This document shows, piece after piece, positions 1-13,478 of a stretch of DNA of 64,000 nucleotides. A program made the position numbers and the translations under genes. Within the stretch, counting starts at the first letter, position 1. Each line of letters begins with the position of its first letter. The stretch spans positions 27,280,001-27,344,000 of the forward strand of contig NC_043014.1 of the NCBI RefSeq assembly GCF_006345805.1, read 5' to 3'. Source of the stretch: Octopus sinensis (lineage: Eukaryota). The notes below the pieces were generated by a model. The model was not told the origin of the DNA. It worked only from the letters and a program-made list of their open reading frames with translations, and ran no database searches.

Positions 1-55
1 AAGCTAGACACTGCCTACCTTTCCTACCTAGGCGGCACGTCCCTGATGCATGCAT

Positions 56-74
56 ATATATATGTGTGTGTGTG

Positions 75-152
<78 letters not shown>
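56..152. repeat. (TA)n/(TG)n microsatellite
   Basis: Dinucleotide runs seen directly; they explain the CV-repeat ORF 46..249. Confidence 0.95.
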
Positions 153-155
<3 letters not shown>

Positions 156-856
156 ATATATAATAACTGTATTTGTTTTGTCGTTTTACATTAGGAAATT
201 GATCTATGAGAAACTCATTGTCACTCTATCTGTTTGTAAAAGCTGTTAAATCTTCCTGAAACCACATCCAACGACCTTAAAAGAAAAAGAAACACTGGAT
301 AGCATACAATTTTATACGTCCCATATATTACGTAAACGTTTGGAAACTAAAGTTCTTGACAATGATGGATGGAACGGCGTTGATATTTGAACTGTTGGCT
401 GAGGACCGAACTTGATTTAAACAATAAAGGTTATGGTGTTTCGGTATTCTGTTTCTTTTTACTGCATGTCTTATAATCTAATTTTCATTTCAATGGCTTT
501 ACAAACATATGCAGGGATATGTTTTTCAAAGATTTAAATTACGATAATGTGGATGGCATTCTTTTATTCTATTTATTATTTTTTTTTTTTTCTAAGAGAT
601 AAAAGTCCATACCGTTTTAATTATTCCTTAACTTGCTCATGATCTTTGCAAAAAATCCCTGCAACAATACTGATCGAAAGAGCTGTGACTGATAACCTAC
701 AACATGTCCTCTTTCTTGCACTACTTATCTCACAATATTTAGTTTGTGGTGCAATGATAACGACTAAGCTATTGGATGTTTTAAAAGGAATGAACTTACG
801 CTCTTAGTAAATCATTTATATATGTAAATCATATGTTTACATGTTTATACATACAT

Positions 857-889
<33 letters not shown>

Positions 890-955
890 TACATACATAT
901 ATATATACACCTATATATTAATGTATATATATGTGCGTGTGCACATGTATGTATA

Positions 956-1029
<74 letters not shown>

Positions 1030-1216
1030 GATGCGAGCGGTATTTGAATACCCTTCATTATCCGTATATTACATTCTTCATACCAATTAAAAGGGTTTCA
1101 TTTCTTTCAGATCCTATGCCAGGAAAAATGCTTACACAAGAGAAAAAAGGCGGCATGCAGTCGTTGTTGCCATATATGCGGAGCTCAGCGATTTAGAAAT
1201 TTCCAACTTTCTAAAT

Positions 1217-2340
1217 GTTAGTTAGTTAGTTAGTTAGTTAATTTGGCTCAAAAGCAAATAGCAAGGCCATGTAGGGGGACATGGAGTTAAGTACAGGGTG
1301 GTGTTCATGTAAAGAGTTCAGGCCACTTGAGGTCAAGGGAGGCTTTAAACAAAGCGGTCGTCGGCATCTTCACCATCTCGTCTGGCAGCTTCCACGGATC
1401 CGCAACCCGGACGGAGAAAGCTCCTCTCCTTCGATTGAGATGAAATCGTCGCAGGTAGACCTTTCGGAATGACCCCGCAGCCGACGCTCTGGAGCAGGAG
1501 TGAAGAACAGCTCTTTCGAGAGGTTACACTTTCCGCTTATGATGTTGTTGTGGGCGAGAATGAGATCACCACGACGGCGGCGTTTTTCAAGAGAATAAAG
1601 TTCGAGCGTCCTCAGCCTTTCTTCATAGGACAAATTTTTGAGACCGTGAACCATGCGAGTAGCCAGCTTCTGGACTCTTTCGAGATGCTGTATGTCTATG
1701 AGGAGATAAGGAGAAGAGGCTTGAATCCCGTACTCCAATATGGGTCTCACCAGCGTGACATAGAGTGGTAGGAATATGGCTGCTGTGAGCATTCCGAATG
1801 ACCGTCGAATCAAGAACAGAATTCCGCGTGCTTTGTTGGCAGCATGGACGCACTGGGCCGAAGGCGAAGAGGAGGAATCCACCAAGATACCCAGGTCCTT
1901 TACCTGATCGGTCCTCTCCAGCAGCAGACGACCCGGCTCGAAATCAAGTTGAGTTGCAGGAGGAGAGCCAACAGGCAGATGACAGCACTTTGACACGTTC
2001 AGACACAGGTCCCATTCGTTAGACCACTTCCAAATTTGGTGGAGGCATCGACGAAGATCCTCTATATCACCGCGAGGAGCGACCAGTTTGATATCGTCGG
2101 CAAATAGAAGGGTGTGTTGCGTGAGGTCGTCGGGCAAGTCATTTATGAAGACTAAGAACAATAAGGGCCCAAGCACTGAACCTTGAGGCACGCCACTGCT
2201 CGCACTGGAGACGTCGGACCGCGAACCATTAACTTGGACTTGGAAGGAGCGATCTGAGAGGAAGGCACCAACCCATCGTACAATATCCGGATGGAAACTA
2301 TATGCTTGCACTATCTTCTGTATGCAAAGTTCGGATGGAA
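1217..2340 (-). mobile_element. 5'-truncated CR1-group LINE (RT C-terminal half) with (TAAC)n 3' tail
   Basis: ORF 1370..2431(-) has SGVPQGSVLGPLLFLVFINDL, LLFADDIKL, LNVSKC and LVRPILEY...LERVQKLATRMV...LYSLEKRRRRGDLI. The tail appears as (GTTA)n at 1217-1240 on +. The 5' boundary is approximate. Confidence 0.85.
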
Positions 2341-2439
2341 TTGGAATCCTCTGGCAGGAATGTTTCAACTGTGTCAAAAAGAAAGAAAGAAATATTCTAA
2401 ATATTCGAACATCACAATTCAACGGATTCAAAACATTAT

Positions 2440-2720
2440 CAATGATGATCTCTGAAAATCAATGAAGTTCATTGCAAAAGATCTTCCTGTATCAGAGTCG
2501 ACTGTCAGAACTGTGGTGTATAAGGACATTCTATACTAGTTGTATGTATTGAGGAAAAGCCATTTAATGTCTACAAAGACGCAAGAAAACCGTTTGATCC
2601 GTGCCAAGCAACTACTTAATAAGGTAAAAAAAAATCATGAACATGACGTGCATGGTTCTTTTCAATGAGAAAAACTTCGATCAAAACACCAAAAGGTGGT
2701 TACGTGCAAATCCTTTTATA
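2440..2720 (+). pseudogene. Tc1/mariner-superfamily (maT-like) transposase remnant
   Basis: Manual translation KSMKFIAKDLPVSESTVRTVVYKDI..YVLRKSHLMSTKTQENRLIRAKQLLNKVK gives an HTH plus pre-DDE region, with stops and frameshifts. Confidence 0.6.
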
Positions 2721-2759
2721 TATTAAATCCTTTTATATGTTAACGGGTGTATATTCAAA

Positions 2760-3700
2760 TATGAGCTACTAATAGTTTCATGCTGTGGAAACAATAATTC
2801 GGCAGATTTATATATCATGCCTTGTGTCTCCAAGCAATCTTTCAGGCTCGAATACACAACTTGACTAGTCTTATTTGAAAAAAAAAACGGGAAAGAACGC
2901 TGGTGTATGAGAAAACCCGAGAAAAAGCAAGAGGAAGGTTAATGCAAAAAGGTGAAATAAAGAAAGGAGCGGCGAGAAAACAAAAAGAAAATACAAATAG
3001 AGAATGAAAGGACAGAAAACCAAGAGTTGCATCATCCTTTGTTTTGTCGAAATCAGAATTAATATACCAGGTGTAGAATAATTCAACGGGGAAGAGGCCA
3101 AAGTCTGTGAGACAGTATGCTCAATCCAGGAGAGGTTGATGTCCTCCAGTCTGATAAAAGAAATTCTAGATCTAGAATTAAGTAGCGTGATGGAATTATT
3201 GATTCTAAAACGAATATGGAAACCTTTCGGTTACACGTAGCTTGCATCTCTTTGATCCATTTACATGTGGCGTGGATCTCTCTACGATGTACAACTTGAT
3301 TGTATGTGGTGTATAATTGGTCTTCAGATGCCATATATGACAAGGTCGACTTCAGCGGAATTTGAACTGAGAATGTAAAGACTGACGGAATGCCGTTAAG
3401 CATTTTCCCCGGTGTACTATCATATATATATAGTCAATATTGACATATCTTTTTGCGAACTGAATCGCCTTATCCAACAATGATCTTGATATCAAGGGAG
3501 CTACAATATCAAAATGTGTAAATCTGTCTCTACGCTTATCCTTTAAATTCCTAATCCAATCTACGACAGTGCTGCTATTTGCCAATTGCTTTAGTTTAGT
3601 AGTCTCCTTAATTCTAATGTCAATAGTACTTAGTATTTTTTGGCTACTAAACTAATTTCAGTTTTCGCTGGCTCATTACTGAAATTAGATCTTTTATCTT
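2760..3700 (-). mobile_element. Degenerate Penelope-like element, RT fragment
   Basis: ORF 3352..3585 contains FTHFDIVAPLISRSLLDKAIQFAK, matching the PLE RT FDIxxFYPSI..LL.KAI motif. It is heavily decayed. Confidence 0.55.
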
Positions 3701-4269
3701 TTAAAGTGATAGCCAGTGGGAAGCAACAACAGTGGAATCCGTTGTTTCACAACCGTCTTCAAACCTGCAAAATCTCCTTCCTGTTCTGTTAAAGATATGT
3801 AGATTGCTATCTCTCAGTAATCTGTGGATAAATTTTAGAGGAGATTTATCTGAAAATTATAAGCAAATACGAAACATAATCACACAGCTATCACTCATTT
3901 CTGTGTTGCTATCTTCAGTATAGTTCTCACAGTATGGTACTCACAGTTTTGTCAATGAGTGGAGTCAAATTGCATAAGTATGGCTTGCCTCAAAATAGTT
4001 GTCCTCCAAGGGAACCAAAAACCACATGAGCTCTGTTATGATATTAACATCTAAAATTGATGGAAATAAACAGAAACATGAAGAATGGATGTAAAATAGG
4101 AAACGGTTCAGAATAAGGAGATAACTGATAGAGCAAAAGCAAGATGAAGTGTGTGCTGATTCTACTCTCAAATAATTTCAGAAGCTGAATGAAGTGCTGG
4201 ACGGATGGGTGTCAGGAAGATAAGCTGTGGGGAATGCTTGATGGGAGTAGATTGGGGGCTAGGACAGGG

Positions 4270-4950
4270 ACCAGCATGTACAAGCACAAATACAACGTTT
4301 TAGGGCCTCACTTTCGCCGTGACAAACAGGTCTTATCTGGTGCAACGAATAACCAGCCTTTGCGGTTCTTTGTCGTCTCTTCCATGACGTCCAAGATCTT
4401 GAGATCAGCCTTCATTACTTCGTCCCTTGTGTTTCTGGGTTTCCTTCGTTAAGTTTTAAACACTTTAAGCGATCGGCACTTCTTTAAATGGCTGTCCTCA
4501 TACATATGTATCATGATAGAAATAGCACAGTCTTCTCTCTTGTTCTTTAAATTTGATACCCTTTGTGCCCAATTTTTTTCTCATTGCATTTACACTTTGT
4601 CGTACAACGAAGCATACTTGTCCCATTGCTTCCCGGTTTTCGCAGGTTTCCTGCCAACGATTTCAAGGGAAGATACGCTCAGATTCAGGAATAGAGAAAA
4701 TACCACTTCTTTGTCTTACTTTCTGTAGAGGCTCTGTAATCTCATGAATGAAACATCCAGTATCGAATGGATCATTGTTGATAGGGTGCCACTTTACCTC
4801 CATGAAAGACTGTACATTATTAACAGGATATATGTGAATAATCCTATTGCTTCCACCAGAGGTACGCCCTCCTGATGAACTTCAAACAACAGGCTACCGA
4901 TAATCCGGACATACCACCTGAACATCGGTTGCTCACCTGCCCAAGCTGCG
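4270..4950 (-). mobile_element. Degenerate RTE-clade LINE 3' coding end
   Basis: Minus-strand translation gives VRQSVNAMRKKLGTKGIK..QERRL, then EDSHLKKCRSLKV, then KPRNTRDEVMKADLKILD. This is the typical RTE C-terminus. Confidence 0.7.
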
Positions 4951-6369
4951 AAACTGTTTTACATGATATATATTTATATGCATATATGTGTGCGTACTTC
5001 TGTGTGTGTGTGTGTATGAGAGAAAGTAACAGACAGGAGGGAGGGAAGAAGTTAAAGAGAGATAGAAGGTTAGAGAGAGAAGGCTAGATAAATAGATAGA
5101 TAGATAGAGGGAGAGAGAGAGAGAGAGAGAGTGAGAGAGCGAGAGAGAAAGAGATAAAACATGTCTACTGCGAAGCAACTATAAACTTCCAGTGAACCAG
5201 CAAGCACACAAATAGTGTAACCACGAGCCAACGAGGAGTCTCTACAATGACTTTCGACTAGTTACAAATAGCAACCAAATATCCCTCAAATCAGACTTTA
5301 CCGTCTTAAAATGGATCCATAACGTGCTTCTGAGTACTTTGTATATTAAAAAATGCTGTATGGCCACTATTGTCTTTAATCAAATATCTAACCTGATCAG
5401 ATCTGAATTGGGCTTAAATAACACCAATTGTACAACCAACCAGTAAATAAAATTAACAAGATCTATTCACTTCTAGGATGCATTATAAGAATATTAAATT
5501 GACCCCAATACTTAACTAGAAAAGCAAAAGTAACTTTGGCCGAATCTGAATTCAGATTATAAAGGGCAGGAACTAGTAAATACTGCAGAGTATTTTGACC
5601 TACACTCTATCGACTCTGCCAATAGCTTGTGCACTGTAAAAAGCGAGTTTTATCGTTTTGGAGCAAGGCCTCTCTTCAACGTGTTCGAAAAAGGAGAACT
5701 CACCTTTTTTAATCATTGTCTAAAGAATTACGGATAGGAGATCCTAGTCATGTTTTTCTTGCATGTATACCTTTCTAATTTATATATAGTAATGAGACAC
5801 ATGTAACCTAGAATTAAAAATATATCAAAGTCTTTTCTGTCTTCTGTTTTGATATATAAAATTAATCAAATTCTGTAAGTTTGGTTTTTAAAAACAAAAG
5901 GCGAAATTGAGAAATTGGCAAAATCCTTAGAGCATTTAAAATCTTTAGAGCATTAAATAATGCTTTGCGGTATTTATTCCGGCTCTATGTTCTCACTTAA
6001 AATACCCCCGGAGTCAATTTTACCTTTCATCCTTTAGGGATCAATAAAATAAATTAGCATTCAAATATCATCGACTAATTCTCCCGGGTGAGTTTGTGAC
6101 TAAGTTAAAAACCATCTTTACTCCAAACGATCGTCTGAATGTAAGTTGCATAATAATTTGTACCTACCTAACAAATCGAACAAAAAGAATTGATGACAGT
6201 TGTTGGACTTGCTAGAAATAGAAAATTAAATCTTTTTAACAATTCTTCATTAACTTTACGATATTTAATCCAATTGTTCTCGAACTTAAGATCTGAGTTT
6301 TTGCCTTCTCTGACTCTGTGTCTGTCAGACGGGCAAACCGATGAGCAAACAGAGAAACGTGCACAGAAT

Positions 6370-6422
6370 GCCATACATACATACATACATACGTACGTAC
6401 ATACATACATACATACATACAT

Positions 6423-6458
<36 letters not shown>

Positions 6459-6480
6459 GCAGACAGACAGGCAGGCAGGC

Positions 6481-6547
<67 letters not shown>

Positions 6548-6570
6548 TTGGCGTACACACAGATAGACAG
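6370..6570. repeat. (TACA)n(GACA)n compound tetranucleotide microsatellite
   Basis: Seen directly; it explains the QTDR/LSVC ORFs. Confidence 0.9.
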
Positions 6571-7029
6571 ATAAACGTAATGATGTGAGAAAAAAGGACG
6601 TTGATAGCGATTCAAAAATATTCAGTGATTTCGTCACTTCTATCTGATTGAATTGAGATATAGGTGGAGATTTATAGCTTCTCCGGGCTGATAAAGAGAT
6701 GGAGCTTAACTTTATGTGTGTTTCAGAATAAAGCAAAGTAGAGGAAAATGTATCGATGGAGAGAGGTCGACAATTTATCGGGCAATAGAATGTGATAGAT
6801 ACGTGCCTTGAATGCTGGTAACAGCTTGAGAGAATTGGCGTGCAGAGAAAAGACAGAGAGAAAGAGAAGGAGAGACAGAAATAAATACATAAATAAATAA
6901 AGAAAGAAAGAAAGAAAGAGACAGAGGGGATGGGATCGAGAACAATAACGTCAGATCATTCTGAATAGCACACACACACACGTATACATACATACATTCA
7001 TACATGCATGTATATATATATATATATAT

Positions 7030-7187
7030 ATACACACGTCCAGACCCCGCATACGCACTTATACTCTCTCACACACACACACACCTATACATACCAATAC
7101 GTACTAATACATACTAATACATACTAATACATACACCAACCCCATACATACGCACGTCCAGACCAATCCTACGCACTAATACTCTCT

Positions 7188-7224
<37 letters not shown>

Positions 7225-7590
7225 ATACATACTAATACATACACCAACCCTATACATACACACATCCAGACCCCTCCCACGCACTTGTAGCTGGTCCCTC
7301 AACCCATTTATCAACCCTATTATCTCCCCTTATTTCGCTCTCGCATCTCATGTTTGATCTTTGACCTCTGGCCGAAATCAGATCGCCATGTTGATTCGTT
7401 AGCTACTGCACGCATTTTTTTTCTCTCCTTCTTTTGTGTTTTTCTCTCTCTGTGTATCTTTCTGTTGAAGAGCGTAGGCTCGAAACGTTAAAGACTGTTT
7501 TATTTATATTTCCTGAGCGCCATACTAATACAATTGTTCGTTTGTTTTCCACCTGCCTTCGTCTTTGTTTATTTTCATAAAGCTTCCGTT
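7030..7590 (+). repeat. 5' pseudo-LTR of PLE
   Basis: Matches 11470-12030 except for a few substitutions and small indels. Confidence 0.9.
7457..7494 (+). ncRNA. Minimal type I hammerhead ribozyme, A6U core variant
   Basis: UCUUU-CUGUUGA-A-GAGC(GUAG)GCUC-GAAAC-GUU/AAAGA. Stem I is UCUUU:AAAGA, stem II is 4 bp, stem III is the palindrome ACGU, and the triplet is GUU. Confidence 0.7.
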
Positions 7591-8210
7591 ATATATTATG
7601 CGCTCACGTGGTCTCACTTTCATCCTATATTCTACCAATACCACTATCAACACTTACCTCTACCTTGGATTTTCTTTACCTCTTGGATACTTACCATCGG
7701 CTGCACCTCTCTTTCGCGGATCAAAGTGACTTGCATTGATGTGAAATCCTAAAAAAATATACCACGACGTCTACACATTTCTCACCTTGAACTTTCAACC
7801 TTGAAATTGTTCGCATAAACTGTCCCGTTTGTTGTATTTTTATTTTCTCTTATATTACCACTTTTTTTACATTCATTTCATGCTTCCACATTTTCCTGAT
7901 TTTTGTTCTCCTTTCCGTCTTTCTTCCCTCTCTGGATGTCCATACTCCGTTTCCTCTGCCTGCACCCCCCTTTTTTTTGCCTCCCCCTCTCTCTGCTTCC
8001 CTTCTTTCTTTCCCTTTTCCGTTTGCCCCGTCTTTTCTGCCCCTATCGCTTACTTATCTAGTTTTTTCATACGATTATTATTTTTTTGTTTTTTTGAACG
8101 TTTGTTTTTTCCCCTTTTTTCGCTATCCTTTTTTTCTATTTTTTTCATACGATAATTTTTGTTTTTTTGTTTTTTTGTTTTTTCGAACGTTTTTTTTCCG
8201 CTATCCCATC

Positions 8211-11095
8211 ATGCCGGATCCTAGGTCCTACCTCCTCACCCTCCATCACCGTTTGAAGGATCATCTACGTTCGCTTCCTGTATATTGCCTTCAGCCGTCC
8301 GTTAATCTCTCTCTACTTCTTTTTAAAAAAACCCGCTTCTCTAGCCATGTCTCTTTCCTAAGCCGCTGCCTACATCACCGACTCATCCCTAAAGGTTTCC
8401 GCCTCCACTTCCACCCTGCCCTCCACTCGGATTCTTCCATCTTACCATACTCCGCACCACATCTTACCGCCTTATGCGGGCCACCATTCGCTCCAATCTC
8501 TCCAAACTACATGCATCAACCGCCTTCTTCCTCCTGCTTTCTCCACCTTCTTCTCCTCTCTGCCGCCTCTCTATGCTCCAAACACGCTACGCTTCATTAT
8601 CCATTTGAATCAACTCTTCCATCAATTTCTTTCTGATACCAAACTTCGTAAACTCCAATCACTCTTCCATTCCACCCTACCCGACGCCACTACCCCAACT
8701 CCTCCACCACCCTCTCCCTCCCGATAGGCTCCATCCACCCACACCTAATCCCACTGCCCCTCCCTACAACCCCTTCTCCCCTCCCGTTAGGCTCCATCCA
8801 CCTACACCTAACCCTACTGCCCCGCCCAACCACCCCCACACACCTCCCCAATCCCTCCCCCTCAGACCTCCACGAGACCTACACCCCTCCTACTTCTATT
8901 CCACCCACCCCTTCTCCACTTCCGTCTGTTGTTACCATTCCCCCCGATCTTCCCCTCTCTGCGGCTGAACGCTCCGTCCTTGGTAGGGGTCTGCGTTTCA
9001 TCCCCCTCACTCCATCCTGTAAGGAATTCCAGACGCGAGTTGATGTCCACAGCTTTGTGCGCCGTGTCCGGTTGGGTGCGCATTACCACGACTCGCCACC
9101 CACACCCAACGAAGAGGACGACTGCTTCACGCCTGGGCCGCCGACCATCCCCGTGGACGCCTGCCCCTGGCCAGATCCTAGCAGTGGATCTTTTCGCGGG
9201 CGCTTGTCAGCGTGCATTGGAGAGGGTTCAACTTCTCCAGGCGCCAACGCCGCCTCAACATCTCCCCGGCTGAGCTCTTGGCTCTTCGTTCCCTCCAACG
9301 GCGCGCTGACATTATCATCAAACCGGCTGACAAGGGTGGAGCTGTAGTGGTGTGGCGCGCGGACCTCTATAGGGCCGAGGCTTTCCGCCAACTCAATGAC
9401 ACCTCCTTCTATTCCCCTCTGCCCTCTAACCCCACGCGTAGCTACCAACAGACGGTATCCTCTACTGTCCAAGACCTCATCTCGTCCTCCCGTCTCCCCC
9501 GCACCGCATCCAACCTAATTGTGCGAACCCCACGTACCCCCACCATTTACTTCCTCCCCAAAATCCACAAACCCAACAACCCTGGCCGCCCCATCGTCTC
9601 CGCCTGTAACTGCCCCACGGAGCTCATCTCTAAATACCTCGACCGTGTCCTTGCCCCCCTAGTGGCATCTCTTCCCTCCCACATCCACGATACCAACCAT
9701 GCTCTCCGGCTTTTCAACTCTTTCTCCTTTCCTCCCGGCTCCTCCAAAATCCTTTTTACTATGGACATCCAAAGCCTCTATACTGTTATCCCTCACCACG
9801 AAGGACTGCAGGCCTTCGACACTTTCTTGACCTCCGCTCTAACCCTGTACCTGACACCTCCACACTCATTCGTCTGGCCGAACTTGTCCTTACTCTGAAC
9901 TGCTTCTCGTTCGCGGGCGAGTTCTACCATCAGGTCTCGGGAGTGGCCATGGGAACGCGAATGGGCCCCAACTATGCGAACCTGTTCGTTGGCTATGTTG
10001 AGGCCCAAATATTCTCTAATTTCACTGGTCCCACTCCTGAACTATATGGTCGTTATATTGACGACATTATCGGTGCCACCTCACTCTCTGCGGAACATCT
10101 AGATTCCTTCCTCTCTTTCGTCCAATCTTTCCATCCAGCCCTCCACTTCACTTCCACTATCTCCAACACCTCTGTCTCCTTCCTCGACATTTCGGTTAGC
10201 ATTCTTCACTCCACTCTTACCACCTCCATTCATACAAACACACAGACTCACACTCATACCTCAACTTCTCTTCCTCCCACCCAGAACACACCAAGCTTTC
10301 CATCCCCTATTCCCAATTCCTCCGTCTACGTAGGCTCTGTAGTGACGACCATGACTTTGAGACTCAGTCTCAACGTATGGCCCCCACTTCACCCTACGTG
10401 GATACCCCCTCACCACTATCCACACCGCCCTTGCCAGAGCACGGTCCGTGGACCGTGTATCTGCTCTCTCTCCCCGAACCCGCCCTGTAGTCTCCCGCCT
10501 CCCTTTTCCCCTCACTTACCACCCCACGACCCTACGTCTCCAACGCACCATTCTTCGAGCTTTCCGTCATCTCCAGTCCGACCCGTCCACTTCACACCTC
10601 TTCCCTAACCGACCCCTCCCCTCTTTCAAACGAGCCCACAACCTTCGAGACCTTTTGGTCCATAGCTCCTTCCCTGACCCTACCTCCCAACCCGGCTCGT
10701 TCCCCTGCTCCCGCCCACGTTGCCGCACTTGCCCTTACCTCTCCAACACCACCCGCCTCACTAGCACCCACCATCGACCCTATCCATCATCCACTCCTTC
10801 CCTGCACCTCATCCAGCAATATTATCTATTGCATCTCTTGCTCTCTCTGCAATTCCTTGTACATCGGACAAACGGGACGCCGCTTGGCTGACCGGTTCGC
10901 GGAACACCTTCGTGACATCCACCTTGCGAACGACACACCGGTCTCACGCCATTTCCGCTCCACCGGTCACTCCTTGCAACACCTATCTGTGTTCGGTTTG
11001 TCCTTACACAGAGGCCATCCGGATTCCGTTTGCGCCGTGAACAGGAATTAATCTTCTCTCTTCGCTCTTATACGCCATTTGGTCTCAACTCTCCC
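8211..11095 (+). pseudogene. PLE polyprotein (RT plus GIY-YIG endonuclease), frameshifted in this assembly
   Basis: Motifs: N-terminal HVSFLSRCLHHRLIPKGF; IIIKPADKGGAVVV; YFLPKIHKPNNPGRPIVS; TMDIQSLYTVIPH; GVAMGTRMGPNYANLF; YGRYIDDI; IIYCISC..C..LYIGQTGRRLADRFAEH. They are spread over ORFs 7977, 9212, 9943, 10448, 10857 and 11030. Confidence 0.9.
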
Positions 11096-11469
11096 CCCTC
11101 CTCATCTAACCCCCCTCCCCTTCCTCACCTATCCTTTCTCCCCCCGACCCCTACTTCTTCAGTCCTTCATCCTTTCACCCTACTCCCCTTCCCTTCTTCC
11201 CTCTTTCTCCCTCCCTCTTCCCCTTCCCTGCTGCTCCCTCTCTCCCCTTCCTTCTCCCCCATCTCTCCTCTTCCCATTCTCCTCCCCCCTTTCTTCCCTT
11301 CCCCTCTCTTCTCTCCCCTCTTCTCCCCCTCCCCCTCTTCTCCTCACTACACCACATGACTTTACACATCACATCACATATGATGTGCCATACTAATACA
11401 CACACCAACTAATACATACTAATACGTACTAATACATACTAGTACATACTAATACTTACACAACCCTAT

Positions 11470-12030
11470 ACATACACACGTCCAGACCCCGCATACGCAC
11501 TTATACTCTCTCACACACACACACACCTATACATACCAATACGTACTAATACATACTAATACATACTAATACATACACCAACCCCATACATACGCACGTC
11601 CAGACCAATCCTACGCACTAATACTCTCTCATACACACACACACACACACACACACCCTTATACATACTAATACATACACCAACCCTATACATACACACA
11701 TCCAGACCCCTCCCACGCACTTTTAGCTGGTCCCTCAACCCATATATCAACCCTATTATCTCCCCTTATTTCGCTCTCGCATCTCATGTTTGATCTTTGA
11801 CCCTAGCCGAAATCAGATCGCCATGTTGATTCGTTAGCTACTGCACGCATTTTTTTTCTCTCCTTCTTTCTGTGTTTTTCTCTCTCTGTGTATCTTTCTG
11901 TTGAAGAGCGTAGGCTCGAAACGTTAAAGACTTGTTTTATTTATATTTCCTGAGCGCCATACTAATACAATTGTTCGTTTGTTTTCCACCTGCCTTCGTC
12001 TTTTGTTTATTTTCATAAAGCTTCCCGTTA
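11470..12030 (+). repeat. 3' pseudo-LTR of PLE
   Basis: Direct repeat of 7030-7590; its CTAATACATA-type sub-repeats extend further upstream, to about 11390. Confidence 0.9.
11893..11930 (+). ncRNA. Minimal type I hammerhead ribozyme, A6U core variant (second copy)
   Basis: Identical to 7457-7494. Confidence 0.7.
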
Positions 12031-12142
12031 TTATATATATATATACATGCATATATATATATATATATATATATATGAATAAATGAAAGAATGGAGACGA
12101 TAAACATAGGATATTCATTCACATACTTAAATATATTAATAT

Positions 12143-12199
<57 letters not shown>

Positions 12200-12201
<2 letters not shown>

Positions 12202-12385
12202 CACCGTCACCGTGACCGACCAGGCCATCAGATGCTGCTACACATCGCTGGTCACAATGCGCTTCGCATTGTTTTAGCCTTCAAATGATGCCACCCCGCT
12301 GGCTAAGCGAGCAGGCCAACAGAAGAAAGAGTGAGAGAAAGTTGTGGCGAAAGAATACAGCAGGGATCGCCACCACCCCCGGCCG
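12200..12385 (-). mobile_element. Probable 3' UTR fragment of an RTE-type LINE, ending in (TA)n
   Basis: GC-richer island abutting the (TA)n run. The assignment is from recollection of octopus repeats and has not been verified. Confidence 0.35.
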
Positions 12386-12477
12386 GTCATTTTTTGGGGG
12401 CCAAATAAAAAAAACACATGCACTATATATTCATTCTTCACTCGTTTATTAGTGTTCTTACTCTAATTCATGTCCAA

Positions 12478-12522
12478 TGTCCGGAAACCTTTCGTCACAC
12501 ATCTTTGACATCCTCAGCGACA
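12478..12522 (-). ncRNA. Minimal type I hammerhead ribozyme (intact core)
   Basis: Reverse complement reads UGUCG-CUGAGGA-U-GUCA(AAGAUGUG)UGAC-GAAA-GGU-UUC/CGGACA. Confidence 0.6.
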
Positions 12523-12786
12523 CATTCCGTCTTCGTGTGTGCTCTTGCTCTGCTTATTCCATTCTATTCTCTGTGTGTCCTTATATGATGTGTGTCCTTA
12601 TATGCCTATGCATCTGTGTGTATGTGTGTGTGTGTGTGTGTCATTGTTCTTAGTAGCACTATGACTCTACCCTCAGCCCCGTCCCCCATCTACTTGTCGC
12701 TGCCGCTGCCCTTGGGCCTGACTCTATGTACTGTTCTTGTAACTCATTATGTTTGTGTGTTCGCCCACGCTGCTGCCATTGTGGTG

Positions 12787-12850
<64 letters not shown>

Positions 12851-13433
12851 CTGTTGTTGTTCTTGTTAATCGAGTTAATAATGTTGCGGCCGTCTGTGAA
12901 GTTACGTATGTGTATTTGTGTGTGAATACGAGTTCGCTTCCTATGCTGTTTGTATCCGTGCCCTTTATACAGAGGCTCAGTCAATAGCATAGAGGCCAAA
13001 GTATTATCAACGCATAGAACTGACACGACACTTAGACAAATCAAAGAAGCTATACACGTAGCAATAGACAGACTGAACCTCAACAGAAAACACGAATGGA
13101 ACAATAACACTCACCACCACACCACGCAACATGACGATTAAAGACTGGAGGGAGAAAAGGGAAAAAAAACAGATACAAATAGCGTAATACACATACAAGA
13201 GACATATATGCACATACCTATGATAATTTTTTTTTATCTAAAAAAAAATAAAACGGTATAAAAGGCACGGATACAAACAACATAGGAAGCGAACCTATAT
13301 ACATACACAAACACACATATGGTAACTTCACAGACGGCTGCAACAATGTAAACATGACTAACAACAATGGTAGCAACAACATCATAGATCAGAATGGAAT
13401 AAGCAGAAGCAAGAACACACATGAAGAGGAAAG

Positions 13434-13478
13434 TGTCACCGAAGAGGTCACAGATGTGTGACGAAAGATTTCCGGACA
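13434..13478 (+). ncRNA. Hammerhead ribozyme, decayed (CCGAAGA core)
   Basis: UGUCA-CCGAAGA-G-GUCACA(GAUG)UGUGAC-GAAA-GAU-UUC/CGGACA; mirror of 12478-12522. Confidence 0.5.

Larger units (their letters stand above)
7030..12030 (+). mobile_element. Young Penelope-like element (Neptune-like) with direct pseudo-LTRs
   Basis: Near-identical ~560-bp direct repeats at 7030-7590 and 11470-12030 flank an RT plus C-terminal GIY-YIG coding region with a Cys-rich linker (CSRPRCRTC). The clade assignment is inference. Confidence 0.9.

Noticed and set aside
8211-11095. Selenoprotein-type (UGA read-through) PLE
   Set aside because: The ORF breaks look like frameshifts rather than in-frame UGA codons, and the endonuclease is C-terminal. 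I saw no SECIS-like element.
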